This document shows, in pieces, positions 50,483-60,228 of a stretch of DNA of 64,000 nucleotides; the stretch's first letter is position 1, and each line of letters opens with the position of its first letter. This stretch comes from Takakia lepidozioides. Lineage: Eukaryota; Plantae; Bryophyta. Made by a program: the position numbers and the translations under genes. A model generated the notes under the pieces. That model had not been told where the DNA came from. It saw only the letters and a list, made by a program, of their open reading frames with translations, and ran no database searches. The stretch is from assembly GCA_030704615.1 (NCBI GenBank), contig CM060732.1, positions 4,402,001 through 4,466,000 of the forward strand. The letters are read 5' to 3'.

Positions 50483-53400
50483 CTATGCTGCAACCTCTTG
50501 AGCAGTACTCCCTACCTGCTCAGTCAATGACAAGGCCTCATCCTGCCCCATCATCTCATCCTTGAGGACCTCCTCAACCCGAGAAGAATCCCCAACCTCA
50601 TCCATCACAGCCGCCTTGGCTGCCAACTCCCTCTGAACCTCGAGCACCTCCCACGTGTGCCATGGATGCATGCACCCCGTGGTCCTCATATGCTCGCCCC
50701 CACTCACTGCCTGTACCGTCTCGGTAGGCAGAGAGACCATTGAGGGAAGTGTACTCCGCACTCTGCGTTGCTCAGCCAGAGCCAAGCTGATAATCCAGGT
50801 CAAGCAATTGAGATCCATTGCTTGCCCCAACACTTGACGACGTGATGCCTCAGAAAGAGACGACACCGCCGTGGTACCAGTGGTAAAACCCATTGCCCGC
50901 TCACGCTCGTCAGCATTAGGCTCCACTAACTGCTGCAACTGAGCATCCCACAGGAGGCCAGGTCCACTATCCCGGAAAGCATGCGATCCTGGGAAGCTGA
51001 GCAGTGTAGGTAATGCTGCTCGTGGTTGACCCACCTTGTTGACCACTGCCAAAGGCGAACGGTCATCGTGTCTCACACGTTGAGACTGCCTCCCTGTGTC
51101 CAGAATGTTATCCACTGTGAGATGTGCTGGCCGCTGCACCCCATCAAATGCACGCTTGAGCAGTGCGGGTGGCATCATGTTAGTCCACCATAGCCGTGGA
51201 CGATGAGCCCGTGACCCCACTGTAGCTGCATCTAGCAACACTGCTGACCCAAGCCACGACCGGACTTGATGCACACTGGCCATCACCCTGGCCCGAGAAT
51301 CGCCCATCAGTGGCACATTCTCCAAGATGTATGCTGGAGATACAGCTTGATGAAGCTGCAAGTGGCGCAAAACCCGCACCATCTCCCAAAACAGACCCGA
51401 CCTCGAGTCTCGCAATCCATTGCCATGCCCGGCTGATGAATGCCCTTGGCAGGGCCAACCTGCCACTACCAGATCAATGGAGCCAACCCGCTCCAAATCC
51501 TGCGCCCCCAGCAACGAAATGTCTGCTGGCAAGGCCTGCTGATATCCACGAATTGCAGACACCGACAACAACTCAGGGTACCGCTGCACCAACTGAGCAA
51601 CATGGCGAAGTGAAACGCGTCGTGCAGTCTCATCCCTCTCCACATACAGGTAACGCCGAACTCGTACACCTGCCTGTAACACAGCAGCCAATCCGGTGCT
51701 GATCCCGCCAAACAAGTCCAGAAGACAAATGCCTTCATCCGGAGACTGCCACACAATAGGTGTGGTGTCCAATGGAGACAATTGAGGTGGTCCTGGTGCA
51801 ATCCCCACACTCTCCTCCTCTCCTGACGGTACAAAAGCCTCCACCCAGGCTTGTTGCACCCGTCGATCAGCATCCCGCTGCAAATCCTTGCTCGTGCCCC
51901 ACAATGGAGTCTGAGCAACCATGGTAGGCAACTCCGCCATACCATACATGTCATCCTGCTCTCCCGGAGGTGGTACATCCTCTGAATGAGCATTGCCCTC
52001 AAGCAACTCTCTAGGCCAACTCACTGCCGCTGTGAATGCTGCTAGTGTCGGCATCTTGCCTCGCTGGGCAACCGCAACTCCTCCTATGAACGTCACAGGG
52101 AGCACACGCCGGCCCTCCCCTGACTGCCATGCAGGCCTATAGGAAGCTGACTCCTCCCAAAAATCCAGGGTGAAGCCCATGGGGTACAACACTGCCCCAC
52201 CAACCAGGACATCGTATGAGACTGCGTCTGTCACAATGGCCTTGGCTCGCATCACTGAGCCATCTGTAGGGTGATCCGGCCGTAGTCTGATAGCCAACTC
52301 ATGCCGTGTCATGCCCCGAGCCTGCTCCGATCCTCCCAGAGACGTCTGTATCTGGAAAGGACAAGGCTCCATATCCGCCTCCGTGAGGCCCAAGCCTGCA
52401 ATAGCAGCTCTGCCCAGCATCAGTGGCTGAGCTCCCGAGTCCAACAAGACTCGCAGTGGCCGGTACCTCTTGCCTGCCGGTCCACTCAAACAGAAAATGC
52501 CATCCTGGTTGTCTAACATGACAACTCCAGGTGTCACCATGGCGCGCTCAATGGCTGGCCTAGCTGGCAGCTCCATCAACCTGGCAGCTGCAGCTTGCCA
52601 TGGCGCCGCCGTGGCAGTCTTGACCCTCAAATCCGAGGATCCCTCCGGCACTACACCTCCCACTATCTCCGCAGAAGATGAAGTAACCTCCCCACTCTCA
52701 CAGAGTGTAGCTGCCAGCCTGAACACCTCAGCTGGTCTTACCCCCGGCGTCGCAATCATGGTAGCCGAGAACAATGGAGCCTGGCACACAGATGTGGCCG
52801 CTCCTAACAGCACACTAGCTGCCGTAGCCTTGGCAACACTAGGTAGTGGTGCTGCCCGTGTAGCTCTCCCCAATGGCATAGTAACCTCCGCCTCGGTAAC
52901 AGTCGGGCGAGAACTAGGTGCCATGGATGGCGTCGACACTGTCTCCGCCAATGTGAATGACTGAGGAAGCCTAGCCTGACGGCTTGCCTCCCCACGCTGT
53001 GGATCCAACTCCACCTCTGCACCTCGTGGCTCAGGAACTCGTGCTGCTCCTCGAGTCACGGCTGCAGCAGACTCCACCTGCACTAGTGGTAGTGCTGCTC
53101 CACACATGAATCCCATGCCTCCCATATCTCCTCCCTCAGGAGCAGGAGGTGGACCATCCGGCCTTAGAGCCGGTACCACCTGAGCTGTAGCCATGGCAGC
53201 GAGCCTCTGCTCTAGCTGCTGAAGCCGGTTGGCCATGCCTTGGTCAACACCCTGACCTCCGCGTCCTTGGCCACGTTGAGCTTGCCCTTGGCCTGCACCT
53301 CGTGGCTGGCCACCTCGTCCTCTCTGGGCTGCTCCACCTCGCCCCCGGCCACCATTGTTCCCTTGGAACTGGCCTGGGCGCAACTCAGGATGCAAACTAT

Positions 53401-53581
53401 AACACTGGGCCTCTCCATGCCCGTGCTTGCCACAATGCCCACACTGCAACTGTGCAGGCTGTGCATGTGCCGACCCTTTGCCTCCCTCTGGGCAATCCTT
53501 CTTGACATGGGGTCCTCCACATGTCCAGCACACCACATCCGCCCGTTGTTGGCCAGCAAATGAAGGGAGAGACCCCTGCAT
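50483..53581 (-). CDS. Zinc knuckles, aspartic protease and C5-cytosine DNA methyltransferase
   Basis: CWTCGGPHVKKDC and CGHCGKHGHGEAQC knuckles; protease VLLDSGAQ. DNMT motifs in canonical order: I LLDLFGGISTG, II YLYVERD, IV VAGWPCQGHS, VI ILENVP, VIII AHRPRLWW, IX ERERAMGF, X QVLGQAMDL (~50760-51735). Confidence 0.93.
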   Translation of the reverse strand: MQGSLPSFAGQQRADVVCWTCGGPHVKKDCPEGGKGSAHAQPAQLQCGHCGKHGHGEAQCYSLHPELRPGQFQGNNGGRGRGGAAQRGRGGQPRGAGQGQAQRGQGRGGQGVDQGMANRLQQLEQRLAAMATAQVVPALRPDGPPPAPEGGDMGGMGFMCGAALPLVQVESAAAVTRGAARVPEPRGAEVELDPQRGEASRQARLPQSFTLAETVSTPSMAPSSRPTVTEAEVTMPLGRATRAAPLPSVAKATAASVLLGAATSVCQAPLFSATMIATPGVRPAEVFRLAATLCESGEVTSSSAEIVGGVVPEGSSDLRVKTATAAPWQAAAARLMELPARPAIERAMVTPGVVMLDNQDGIFCLSGPAGKRYRPLRVLLDSGAQPLMLGRAAIAGLGLTEADMEPCPFQIQTSLGGSEQARGMTRHELAIRLRPDHPTDGSVMRAKAIVTDAVSYDVLVGGAVLYPMGFTLDFWEESASYRPAWQSGEGRRVLPVTFIGGVAVAQRGKMPTLAAFTAAVSWPRELLEGNAHSEDVPPPGEQDDMYGMAELPTMVAQTPLWGTSKDLQRDADRRVQQAWVEAFVPSGEEESVGIAPGPPQLSPLDTTPIVWQSPDEGICLLDLFGGISTGLAAVLQAGVRVRRYLYVERDETARRVSLRHVAQLVQRYPELLSVSAIRGYQQALPADISLLGAQDLERVGSIDLVVAGWPCQGHSSAGHGNGLRDSRSGLFWEMVRVLRHLQLHQAVSPAYILENVPLMGDSRARVMASVHQVRSWLGSAVLLDAATVGSRAHRPRLWWTNMMPPALLKRAFDGVQRPAHLTVDNILDTGRQSQRVRHDDRSPLAVVNKVGQPRAALPTLLSFPGSHAFRDSGPGLLWDAQLQQLVEPNADERERAMGFTTGTTAVSSLSEASRRQVLGQAMDLNCLTWIISLALAEQRRVRSTLPSMVSLPTETVQAVSGGEHMRTTGCMHPWHTWEVLEVQRELAAKAAVMDEVGDSSRVEEVLKDEMMGQDEALSLTEQVGSTAQEVAA

Positions 53582-54651
53582 TGAGGTCCTCTCTGCCCTT
53601 CCCTGAGCTTCACCTGAGCCCCCTTGTTGCCTTGAGCACGTTGAGGTAGTGGTTGGCTAGGAGCACCACTACCCCGTGGTGTCTCCTTAGCAAATCCCAC
53701 CATGACCACTCGTTCCTCCACCATGTTGAGCTCTATCCGCTCTGCCAGCAAAAACACATTTGCTAAGGTGGGTTGGGCCGCTTGTAGGAGAGTTGCATCC
53801 CGCACCCTTCTCCTCAGCTCCTTGTCCAATATCCCATACCAGAATTGGACTGCCTGAGCTTCCGTAACCCCTTGGGTTACATTTATCAAGCGCCTCATGC
53901 GAGTGAAAGCCTCCCTCAAGCTCTCGGTCGGCTTCCGTTGGAACTCTTGCAAGCTCCGCAACTTCTCTGTCCTCACCCCTTGGTAGTTCCCTCTCAACTC
54001 TTCGAAGAACTCCACAACATGGTTGAAGGCAGGCACGGGTGCTAGTGCTGGTGTGGTAGTGGCTTGGGTGGACGTCGTAGCTACTGTACCACCAGTCCCA
54101 CTGCTGCTTGCTGAAGCTGCCGGTGCAGCGGTAGGTGTAGCCACTGCCCTCGTGGCTCTAGTGCCCCTAGTGATGGAGACATAGTCGGGTGACCAGTACA
54201 TCCTCCACTCCTCAATCTCAACCTCATGCCCCCGCCTGAACTCATGGTAATCATCCATAGGCGGCCCCTCAAGGTGCTGAAACAGCCCTTTCCATGCCAT
54301 GAACGGCGTAAATAGTTGTGGATTGCGCATTTGCTGCAAATCACACCAACTATCAAACTCTTGGATAAAATCATCCAACTCAATGGTGCCCACCACCCCA
54401 GAGTACCTTCGTGGCCCCTTGGTAGCTCCATACATCTCCTCCATTGTGTCCCACAATAATGGCAAAGAAACAACTTGCACCGCCGGTATGAGCCCTCCTG
54501 ATTCACAATCCGAATCAGAACCTTCCGTGGAAGACACAGGAGGTGAAGGTGGCCTAAACCGCACACCTCGTCTCGTGTACCCACTAGTATCGCTAGTGCT
54601 CGAACCGGCACTGTCCCCAGCAACTAGTGGCACCTCCGTGTTGACACTCAA
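53212..54651 (-). CDS. gag: Gag (capsid-like) of the DNMT retroelement
   Basis: ELDDFIQEFDSWC, LQEFQRKPTESLREAFTRMRRL..AVQFWYGILDKELRRRV (Retrotrans_gag-like). The true frame probably shifts into the next ORF at a G-run near 53620. Confidence 0.85.
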   Translation of the reverse strand: MSVNTEVPLVAGDSAGSSTSDTSGYTRRGVRFRPPSPPVSSTEGSDSDCESGGLIPAVQVVSLPLLWDTMEEMYGATKGPRRYSGVVGTIELDDFIQEFDSWCDLQQMRNPQLFTPFMAWKGLFQHLEGPPMDDYHEFRRGHEVEIEEWRMYWSPDYVSITRGTRATRAVATPTAAPAASASSSGTGGTVATTSTQATTTPALAPVPAFNHVVEFFEELRGNYQGVRTEKLRSLQEFQRKPTESLREAFTRMRRLINVTQGVTEAQAVQFWYGILDKELRRRVRDATLLQAAQPTLANVFLLAERIELNMVEERVVMVGFAKETPRGSGAPSQPLPQRAQGNKGAQVKLREGQRGPQCRGLSLHLLANNGRMWCAGHVEDPMSRRIAQREAKGRHMHSLHSCSVGIVASTGMERPSVIVCILSCAQASSKGTMVAGGEVEQPREDEVASHEVQAKGKLNVAKDAEVRVLTKAWPTGFSS

Positions 54652-54929
54652 CCGGTCATGAACATGTCCCTAACCCCCTCTCCACAAGGTAACCGGGTAG
54701 AGAACCTGTTGCGGCTTATGGTTTGGAATACTAAGTTCCTAACATAGCCTACACCTGAACTTGCATGACCATGGGAATATCATGAAGATACTCCTCAAAC
54801 CGCCCTCCATGAGCTTCAAAATTCGGCCTTCCAGACCACTGCCAGTCCTTAGTCCACCAGTGCCTCCACGAGTCAGCACAAGCCATCCACAGGTCAACAC
54901 GGGCCACCACAGACCAGCACAGGCCCACA

Positions 54930-56330
54930 CAGCTCACTGGTCACAGCCATCACAGTCCCACAGGCCACTGGCACAGCCTGTCACAGCCCTCACAGCTCGT
55001 CACAGCCTCAAAGGCCTCAGGCACAGCCTATCACAGCCCCTCACAGCCCGTCACAGCCCCAAAGGCCTCAGGCGCGGCCTGTCACAGCCCCTCACAGCCC
55101 CTCACAGCCCAAGGCCATGGGCACGGCCTGTCACAGCCCCTCACAGCCCGTCACAGCCTCAAAGGCCTCAGGCACGGCCTGTCACAGCCCATCACAGCCC
55201 CAAAGGCCTCAGGCACGGCCTGTCACAGCCCCTCACAGCCCGTCACAGCCCCAAAGGCCTCAGGCGCGGCCTGTCACAGCCCCTCACAGCCCTCACAGCC
55301 CCAAAGGCCATGGGCACGGCCTGTCACAGCCCCTCACAGCCCGTCACAGCCTCAAAGGCCTCAGGCACGGCCTGTCACAGCCCCTCACAGCCCGTCACAG
55401 CCCCAAAGGCCATGGGCAGGGCCTGTCACAGCCCCTCACAGCCCGTCACAGCCTCAAAGGCCTCAGGCACGGCCTGTCACAGCCCCTCACAGCCCGTCAC
55501 AGCCCCAAAGGCCTCAGGCAGGGCCTGTCACAGCCCCTCACAGCCCATCACAGCCCCAAAGGCCTCAGGCACGGCCTGTCACAGCCCCTCACAGCCCGTC
55601 ACAGCCTCAAAGGCCTCAGGCACGGCCTGTCACAGCCCCTCACAGCCCGCCACAGCCTCAAAGGCCTCAGGCACGGCCTGTCACAGCCCCTCACAGCCCG
55701 TCACAGCCCCAAAGGCCTCAGGCACGGCCTGTCACAGCCCCTCTCAGCCCGTCACAGCCCCAAAGGCCTCGGGCACGGCCTGTCACAGCCCCAAAGGCCA
55801 TGGCACGGCCTGTCACAGCCCCTCACAGCCCGTCACAGCCGCAAAGGCCTCAGGCACGGCCTGTCACAGCCCCTCACAGCCCATCACAGCCCCAAAGGCC
55901 ATGGGCACAGCCTGTCACAGCCCGTCACAGCCCCACAGGCCTCAGGGCACAGCCTGTCACAGCCCCGCACAGCCCCACAGGGCACAGGGCACAGCCTGTC
56001 ACAGCCCATCACAGCCCATCACAGCCTCAAAGGCCTCAGGCACGGCCTGTCACAGCCCCTCACAGCCCATCACAGCCCCAAAGGCCATGGGCACAGCCTG
56101 TCACAGCCCGTCACAGCCCCACAGGCCTTAGGGCACAGCCTATCACAGCCCCAAAAGGCCACTGGGCACAGCCTGTCACAGCCTGACACAGCCCATCACA
56201 GCCCCACAAGGCACAGGGCACAGCCTGTCACAGCCCATCACAGCCTGTCACAGCTTGCCACAGCCCGTCACAGCTCGCCACAGCCTGACACAGCCCGTCA
56301 CAGCTTGCCACAGCCTGTCACAGCCCCACA
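54930..56330. repeat. Minisatellite (~51-bp unit built from 10-bp TCACAGCCC subunits) in the element 5' leader
   Basis: aaaggcctcaggcacggcctgtcacagcccctcacagcccgtcacagcccc repeated more than 20 times with variants. Confidence 0.95.
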
Positions 56331-57882
56331 CATGGCCGCTCTGGCAGTTTAGCCATTTCTCCAAGGGGTTTAGCCACGCCAAGCTAGGGTTTGTGTCTCT
56401 TGGACTCTAGGCTTCTTTCCACCGAGCTATGGTGGCTGTGAGGAAATCAGCAAGGTATCCTTGCTCTTTCGGCTCCCACACACCACCATAGTAGCCCTAA
56501 GCCATGAGGTGGTTGCCACAAACCAAGCCTTCTTTCTCACTTAGCCTACCCAAACACGCCACTAAACTCAATGGCAAACAACCAAGCCCTGCTGGTTCCC
56601 AGCCCTTGTGAGCACTCATTCAAGCACTCTCCTTGGCCATAGCATCTGTCTTAGAGCCTCTTCCAGCCCCCTACACCTGCTGCTTCAAGAGTTGCGCTCC
56701 CTTCAAGCTTGAAGTTGAAACCCCAACTCACATAGGCCCTACAAGTGCTTTTCTTTCACTCCAAGTGGAAACCAGCCCTAGACCTTCCGTTCTAGCTCTC
56801 TAAAGCTTGAAAACAAGAGCCTCAATGGGCTGAAGGCATGCTCCACACATGCCCCACTCTCACCATAAAAGAATCAGCTCATTTGCTTCATTTCTTGCAC
56901 CCACAAACCTGAAAATACAAGCTTCAGCATGCTGAAAGCATGCTCCACATGCCCTACAGGGAAACCAGCCCCTTCCTTCCTTTCTTGCACTCCCACACCT
57001 GAAAGTGCAAGCCTTCACCAGGCTAATAGCATGCTCCATACATGCATTGCCCTCACATAAGGGAAGTCAGCCCTTCCCTCTTCCTTGCTTGCCCTCCAAG
57101 CTTGAAGATGGAAGCTTCAATGAGCTGAATACATGCTCCACACATGCAACCTCTTCACACAAGAGATATCAGCCCCCTATCTTGGCTCCTTGGCTCCTTG
57201 ATGCTCTCTAAGACAAGACTAAGCACTCCATAGCCTTTGCCAAGCTCCTGAAACCCTAAGGCTTACATTTCCAGCCACAAGACACTTCTCTTGTGGTGCA
57301 AGAGCTCTTCTTCCAAGCTCTGTAACCCTAGGTGCACATTCCATGGCCTTGCCGCACCTCTTAGCTCCTGTTCCAGCCCTGCTCTCGCCATGACAAGAGC
57401 CCTCTCAATGCTGAAGCTCGAGATTGAAACCCAATCTCACCATACTCCACAAAGTGCACTGATTTGCCCCAAGCCAAATCAGCCCTTTCGCTTGGTCTTG
57501 CAATCCTTCACACAATGACAGCTCGCATTCCCAAGTCCAGTTCTCAGCTTTGCCACCAAAGCCACTATAACCTGCTCTTGACTGGTCCTCTTCCCAATCG
57601 TGCTTGCTCATGCATGTACACAATCTGAAACCATCAAGGTGCTCTGGAATTACCTACAGTATGGTGCTTTCATCTCTGAAGCTGAAGATCGAATGCCAAG
57701 GTTTACCACCTCGTAACCCACATCGCCTCCGCTTCTAACAACCAAGAGCTCCACGGTGCTCCTTGCATAACAACTTGGTTTCTCTCATTCTCAAGCAAAA
57801 ACCACAAGTGCTACAACTAACTCGTATCTAGCACTCATAGATACGAGCTCATCTTTCTCGAGTGATAAAGAGGAAGAATACA

Positions 57883-58189
57883 AGCACAAGCTCATGCGAG
57901 CTCACAAAGCTGAAGCATAAACTCATGCATATATAACCTCATCACTCAAATACAAGTCAAGCCAAGTGCACCCCACGCCATGGGGAATCCACACTACGGC
58001 GCCATAGCTAGGCGCGGTGAGGCTCAACTCGAGAAAGATGAGCCTCCCGCGCTTGCCGTGAAGATAACCACTCCAGGGCCTAAATCTGCCTTGACCCCTG
58101 GATTGACACTTGGGCCAATCCCAAATGTCAATATGTAAAAGCTAGCTATTTCCTAGCTAGTTTCACACTAGTGGTAAAATAACTTGACA
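57883..58189 (-). repeat. Terminal repeat X, 5' copy
   Basis: Identical to 46594-46900. Contains a TATATA box-like sequence (~57929-57934) and several stem-loops. Confidence 0.95.
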
Positions 58190-58249
58190 AGGTTAAATAG
58201 AGTAGCCTCTAAGTAATATGTGCAACTGTGAAACTGAAAAGAAGCTAAA

Positions 58250-60228
58250 CTACATGCCTTCCAACTCGACCATTATGAAATCTGGTGCCACGAGCCTGGT
58301 TGTGTATTGCGACAAGCTCTGCAGAAAATGGAACCCACAAGATCTCTCATTGGCTTCCATTGGAACATTTGGGTCTTCCCCGTACACCCTTCGGACTGCA
58401 GCCCAATTTGCTTGTGCGTTGTCCGCCATGAAACCACAGAAATTTGGCGGGCCAATCCCGCCCTGGCCATCTGTTCGTTTATTCCCTGCCAAAGAAGCAT
58501 CTCCAATTGTGTGTCCTCCCCTTTCATCTCACAAATAGCAATTGTCATTAGTATCCTGCAGTGGGGATCGTAGACATGTGCACAATCGTCACCCATTGGT
58601 GATTTGCAATTCGCTTGATATGGTCGAACATGACCCAACTGTTTGACAAGTCTCCACTCGTCATCCGGTGGACCAGATCCACGCCGCCGCCAGGCCCACA
58701 CGATGACATTTTGAATATGAAACAATGATCTGCCTCACTCCCTTGTCCTGGAAACCGACTTCCATGAATGAAGTCATATCCACATCGTCGCTTCACCTCC
58801 AAAATGGACTGCATATCCGAGCCGAGCCCAATTTTCTGTTTGCAGTCCAGACAATGTGGTTTCGGACATTCGGTGAACAGACGTGGGACACCGACTCCAG
58901 CAATGCCTCCATTTCCTTCTCATCGAGAGGAACTCTGTCGGAGCCATCTTCTGACATTATTCTGCCCAATGCCATCTTATGGGCGGCCTGCAGCTGTATC
59001 TGTTTCGGTTTGGTACCAGGTCTCAACTTCACCTCCTCCTGAATGAGCTGCTCTGCCTCCTGGGCAGCCTCCCGCGAGTTCCCCCTCGCCAATTTGTGAC
59101 AGTGCACACCAATGTGTATGCAAGCTTGTGTGAGGTGTGGCAAAAGGTGGCACACATAGTACTGCTTGGCATTACAAATAGACATGCAATGCAGTGGTTC
59201 TTTGTAATGCGCGCACTCAAATGTGGAGTTTGGAACCTTTTTCTAAGCTCGAAATGGTTGAGGAGTTGTGCCTGTCCAATCCGTCTCGTTCCTATGACCT
59301 TTGGATTTATAGTGGAAGCAGGTTGGGGAGAAACACCGCAGTGTGCCCGCACACCATCGAGCATCTTTATGCTGGTGGTTCTGGTGACGCACCAAGGGTG
59401 ACCGTCATGTTTTCTATCCATATCTGTCAACATTCCGGACGCTCTGGAATTGTCCGTTCAAGGAGGGAACTCAAAAAAAAAATTGTTGTCGACGTCTGGG
59501 GGAAGATGTGTCACAGATTTGATTTTGAACTTGTTGTAGTCCAGCGCAGTCAACTCGGAATGGTGTCCCTCCGTGTGCAACCCTTGCAGAATATCAAGAA
59601 TGGATCGAGTTGCTGAGCTCGTATTGGGAATATGAATCCTTCCTCCGCTGATGTCCATTGAGGACTTGCCTGATCTCCAGGATGATCTTGGAACTTCCAT
59701 GACCTCATCTGAGTCCGACAGGTTGTGAACAACCTGGTTCTCGCTCATCTTCATTGATGGCGGAGACTTCGTATTAACTTCGTTGCGGAATTCTGTCTTT
59801 GAGGTACCAACTTTCAGATTCGCAGATTCTTTCGTGGAAGGCGGTAGGAAAGAAGGCGCATTTGGTGGGAAAATGAAGTCCCAAACAGCCTTGTATATGA
59901 CGTTGTCCAATGGTGGAACTCGCCATTCCCTACCGTTGCCAAAATCATCGTGGAGCACAACAATACTTTTGACTACAACTCCATTTGAATCCTTCCTTTC
60001 CTCCTCCAGGAATACTGACCCCGGTTTCAGCTGGTATCGGACGCAGAGATATTTCTCCATAACCCGACAGATTCCCCCTGTGAACCGAAATGTAGCTCTA
60101 TGCTCGTGAGGAGGGCAGTACACTATTGCGCTCGAGTTTTCAGCCATGGGAGATGTGCATAGAAGACTGCGAGCACGGCGTTCGGGCAAGCGCCCTGGGA
60201 GAAGCGGGGATGCAGCGAGGCAAAGCAA
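58250..60228 (-). pseudogene. Mutator-like transposase N-terminal and catalytic part (WRKY/GCM-like Zn finger, DD motifs, CxxH)
   Basis: DGHPWCVTRTT...CNAKQYY..CIHIGVHCH; WVMFDHIKR; HVYDPHCRILMTIAICEMKGED; GFMADNAQANWAAVRRVY; ERSCGFHF. Frameshifted. Continues at ~46000 on the other side of the retroelement. Confidence 0.72.

Larger units (their letters stand above)
46529..58189 (-). mobile_element. Ty3/Gypsy-type retroelement encoding a C5 DNA methyltransferase and a PHD finger, with split direct repeats
   Basis: Gag-ZnK-PR-DNMT-RT-RH-IN-PHD on the minus strand. A 307-bp repeat X at 57883-58189 and 46594-46900 (no differences seen). A ~66-bp repeat Y at 46903-46968 and 46529-46594. Inserted within a Mutator-like transposase. 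Confidence 0.93.

Noticed and set aside
50760-51735. Bacterial restriction-modification gene or contamination as the source of the methyltransferase
   Set aside because: It is in frame with the retroviral-type protease and knuckles, inside an element nested in plant TE sequence. There is no cognate endonuclease or operon structure.
54761-56352. Long ORFs of 456, 411 and 128 aa on the plus strand
   Set aside because: They are translations of a stop-free 51-bp minisatellite, open in several frames and antisense to the element.
46594-58189. Treating repeat X alone as a normal LTR pair
   Set aside because: X starts with TG but does not end in CA, no tRNA PBS follows the 5' copy, no PPT directly precedes the 3' copy, and the 3' copy is flanked by duplicated Y.
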